64,000 bases of DNA from positions 4,101 through 68,100 of the forward strand of contig CAYFOE010000001.1 in NCBI GenBank assembly GCA_964344635.1, read 5' to 3'. The notes below the pieces were generated by a model. It was not told where the DNA came from. It searched no databases and was given only the letters and a program-made list of their open reading frames with translations. Of the stretch, positions 63,954-64,000 are shown piece by piece (position 1 is the stretch's first letter; the number at the start of each line of letters is the position of its first letter). The position numbers and the translations under genes were made by a program. The stretch is from Candidatus Woesearchaeota archaeon. GTDB lineage: Archaea; Nanobdellota; Nanobdellia; SCGC-AAA011-G17; UBA489.

Positions 63954-64000
63954 ATGAGGCTTGAAGAATCATGATTTAAAATAGTTTTGGAATATGGCCA

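Noticed and set aside
1-64000. CRISPR arrays, rRNA genes, IS elements or integrases
   Set aside because: No regularly spaced direct repeats of 25-40 bp, no transposase- or integrase-like ORFs and no rRNA-like GC-rich structured regions were seen. The only short repeats are the TCGGCTAAAA triplet and the coding KKAATKKTT repeat.

Overview
The window is AT-rich (roughly 35% GC), compact, and archaeal in character, consistent with a small-genome DPANN-like archaeon (taxon inference only). Archaeal hallmarks are ABCE1, ribosomal proteins L10e, L35Ae and L15e, TFE, GatDE, an archaeal-type ProRS, an ATP-dependent DNA ligase and FtsZ. I called about 65 protein-coding genes and 2 tRNAs (tRNA-Thr CGU, tRNA-Arg UCG). 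I found no CRISPR array, rRNA or obvious mobile element.

Main content of the window:
- A minus-strand nucleotide-reduction operon, nrdR - nrdJ - nrdJ - cob(I)alamin adenosyltransferase, with an NrdR box upstream. The two class II RNR paralogs are non-equivalent, and a thioredoxin gene and a pyrD fragment lie nearby.
- Several aminoacyl-tRNA synthetase genes: proS, asnS, aspS, argS, alaS, leuS, plus gatD and gatE. The AspRS, GatE and LeuRS have unusual architectures.
- A 9 kb type IV filament locus (Tad/Epd-like): six class-III-signal-peptide pilin genes, a secretion ATPase, a split TadB/TadC-like platform and a KaiC-like ATPase, with Lrp and AbrB/PhoU-like regulators immediately downstream.

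Other notable items:
- A kinase-dCMP deaminase fusion ORF with no canonical start codon.
- TFE carrying a histone-H1-like Lys/Ala/Thr repeat tail.
- A repeat-bearing 365-bp intergenic region upstream of ftsZ.
- Small Cys-rich or His/Gly/Tyr-rich secreted proteins.
- Small genes missed by the ORF track.
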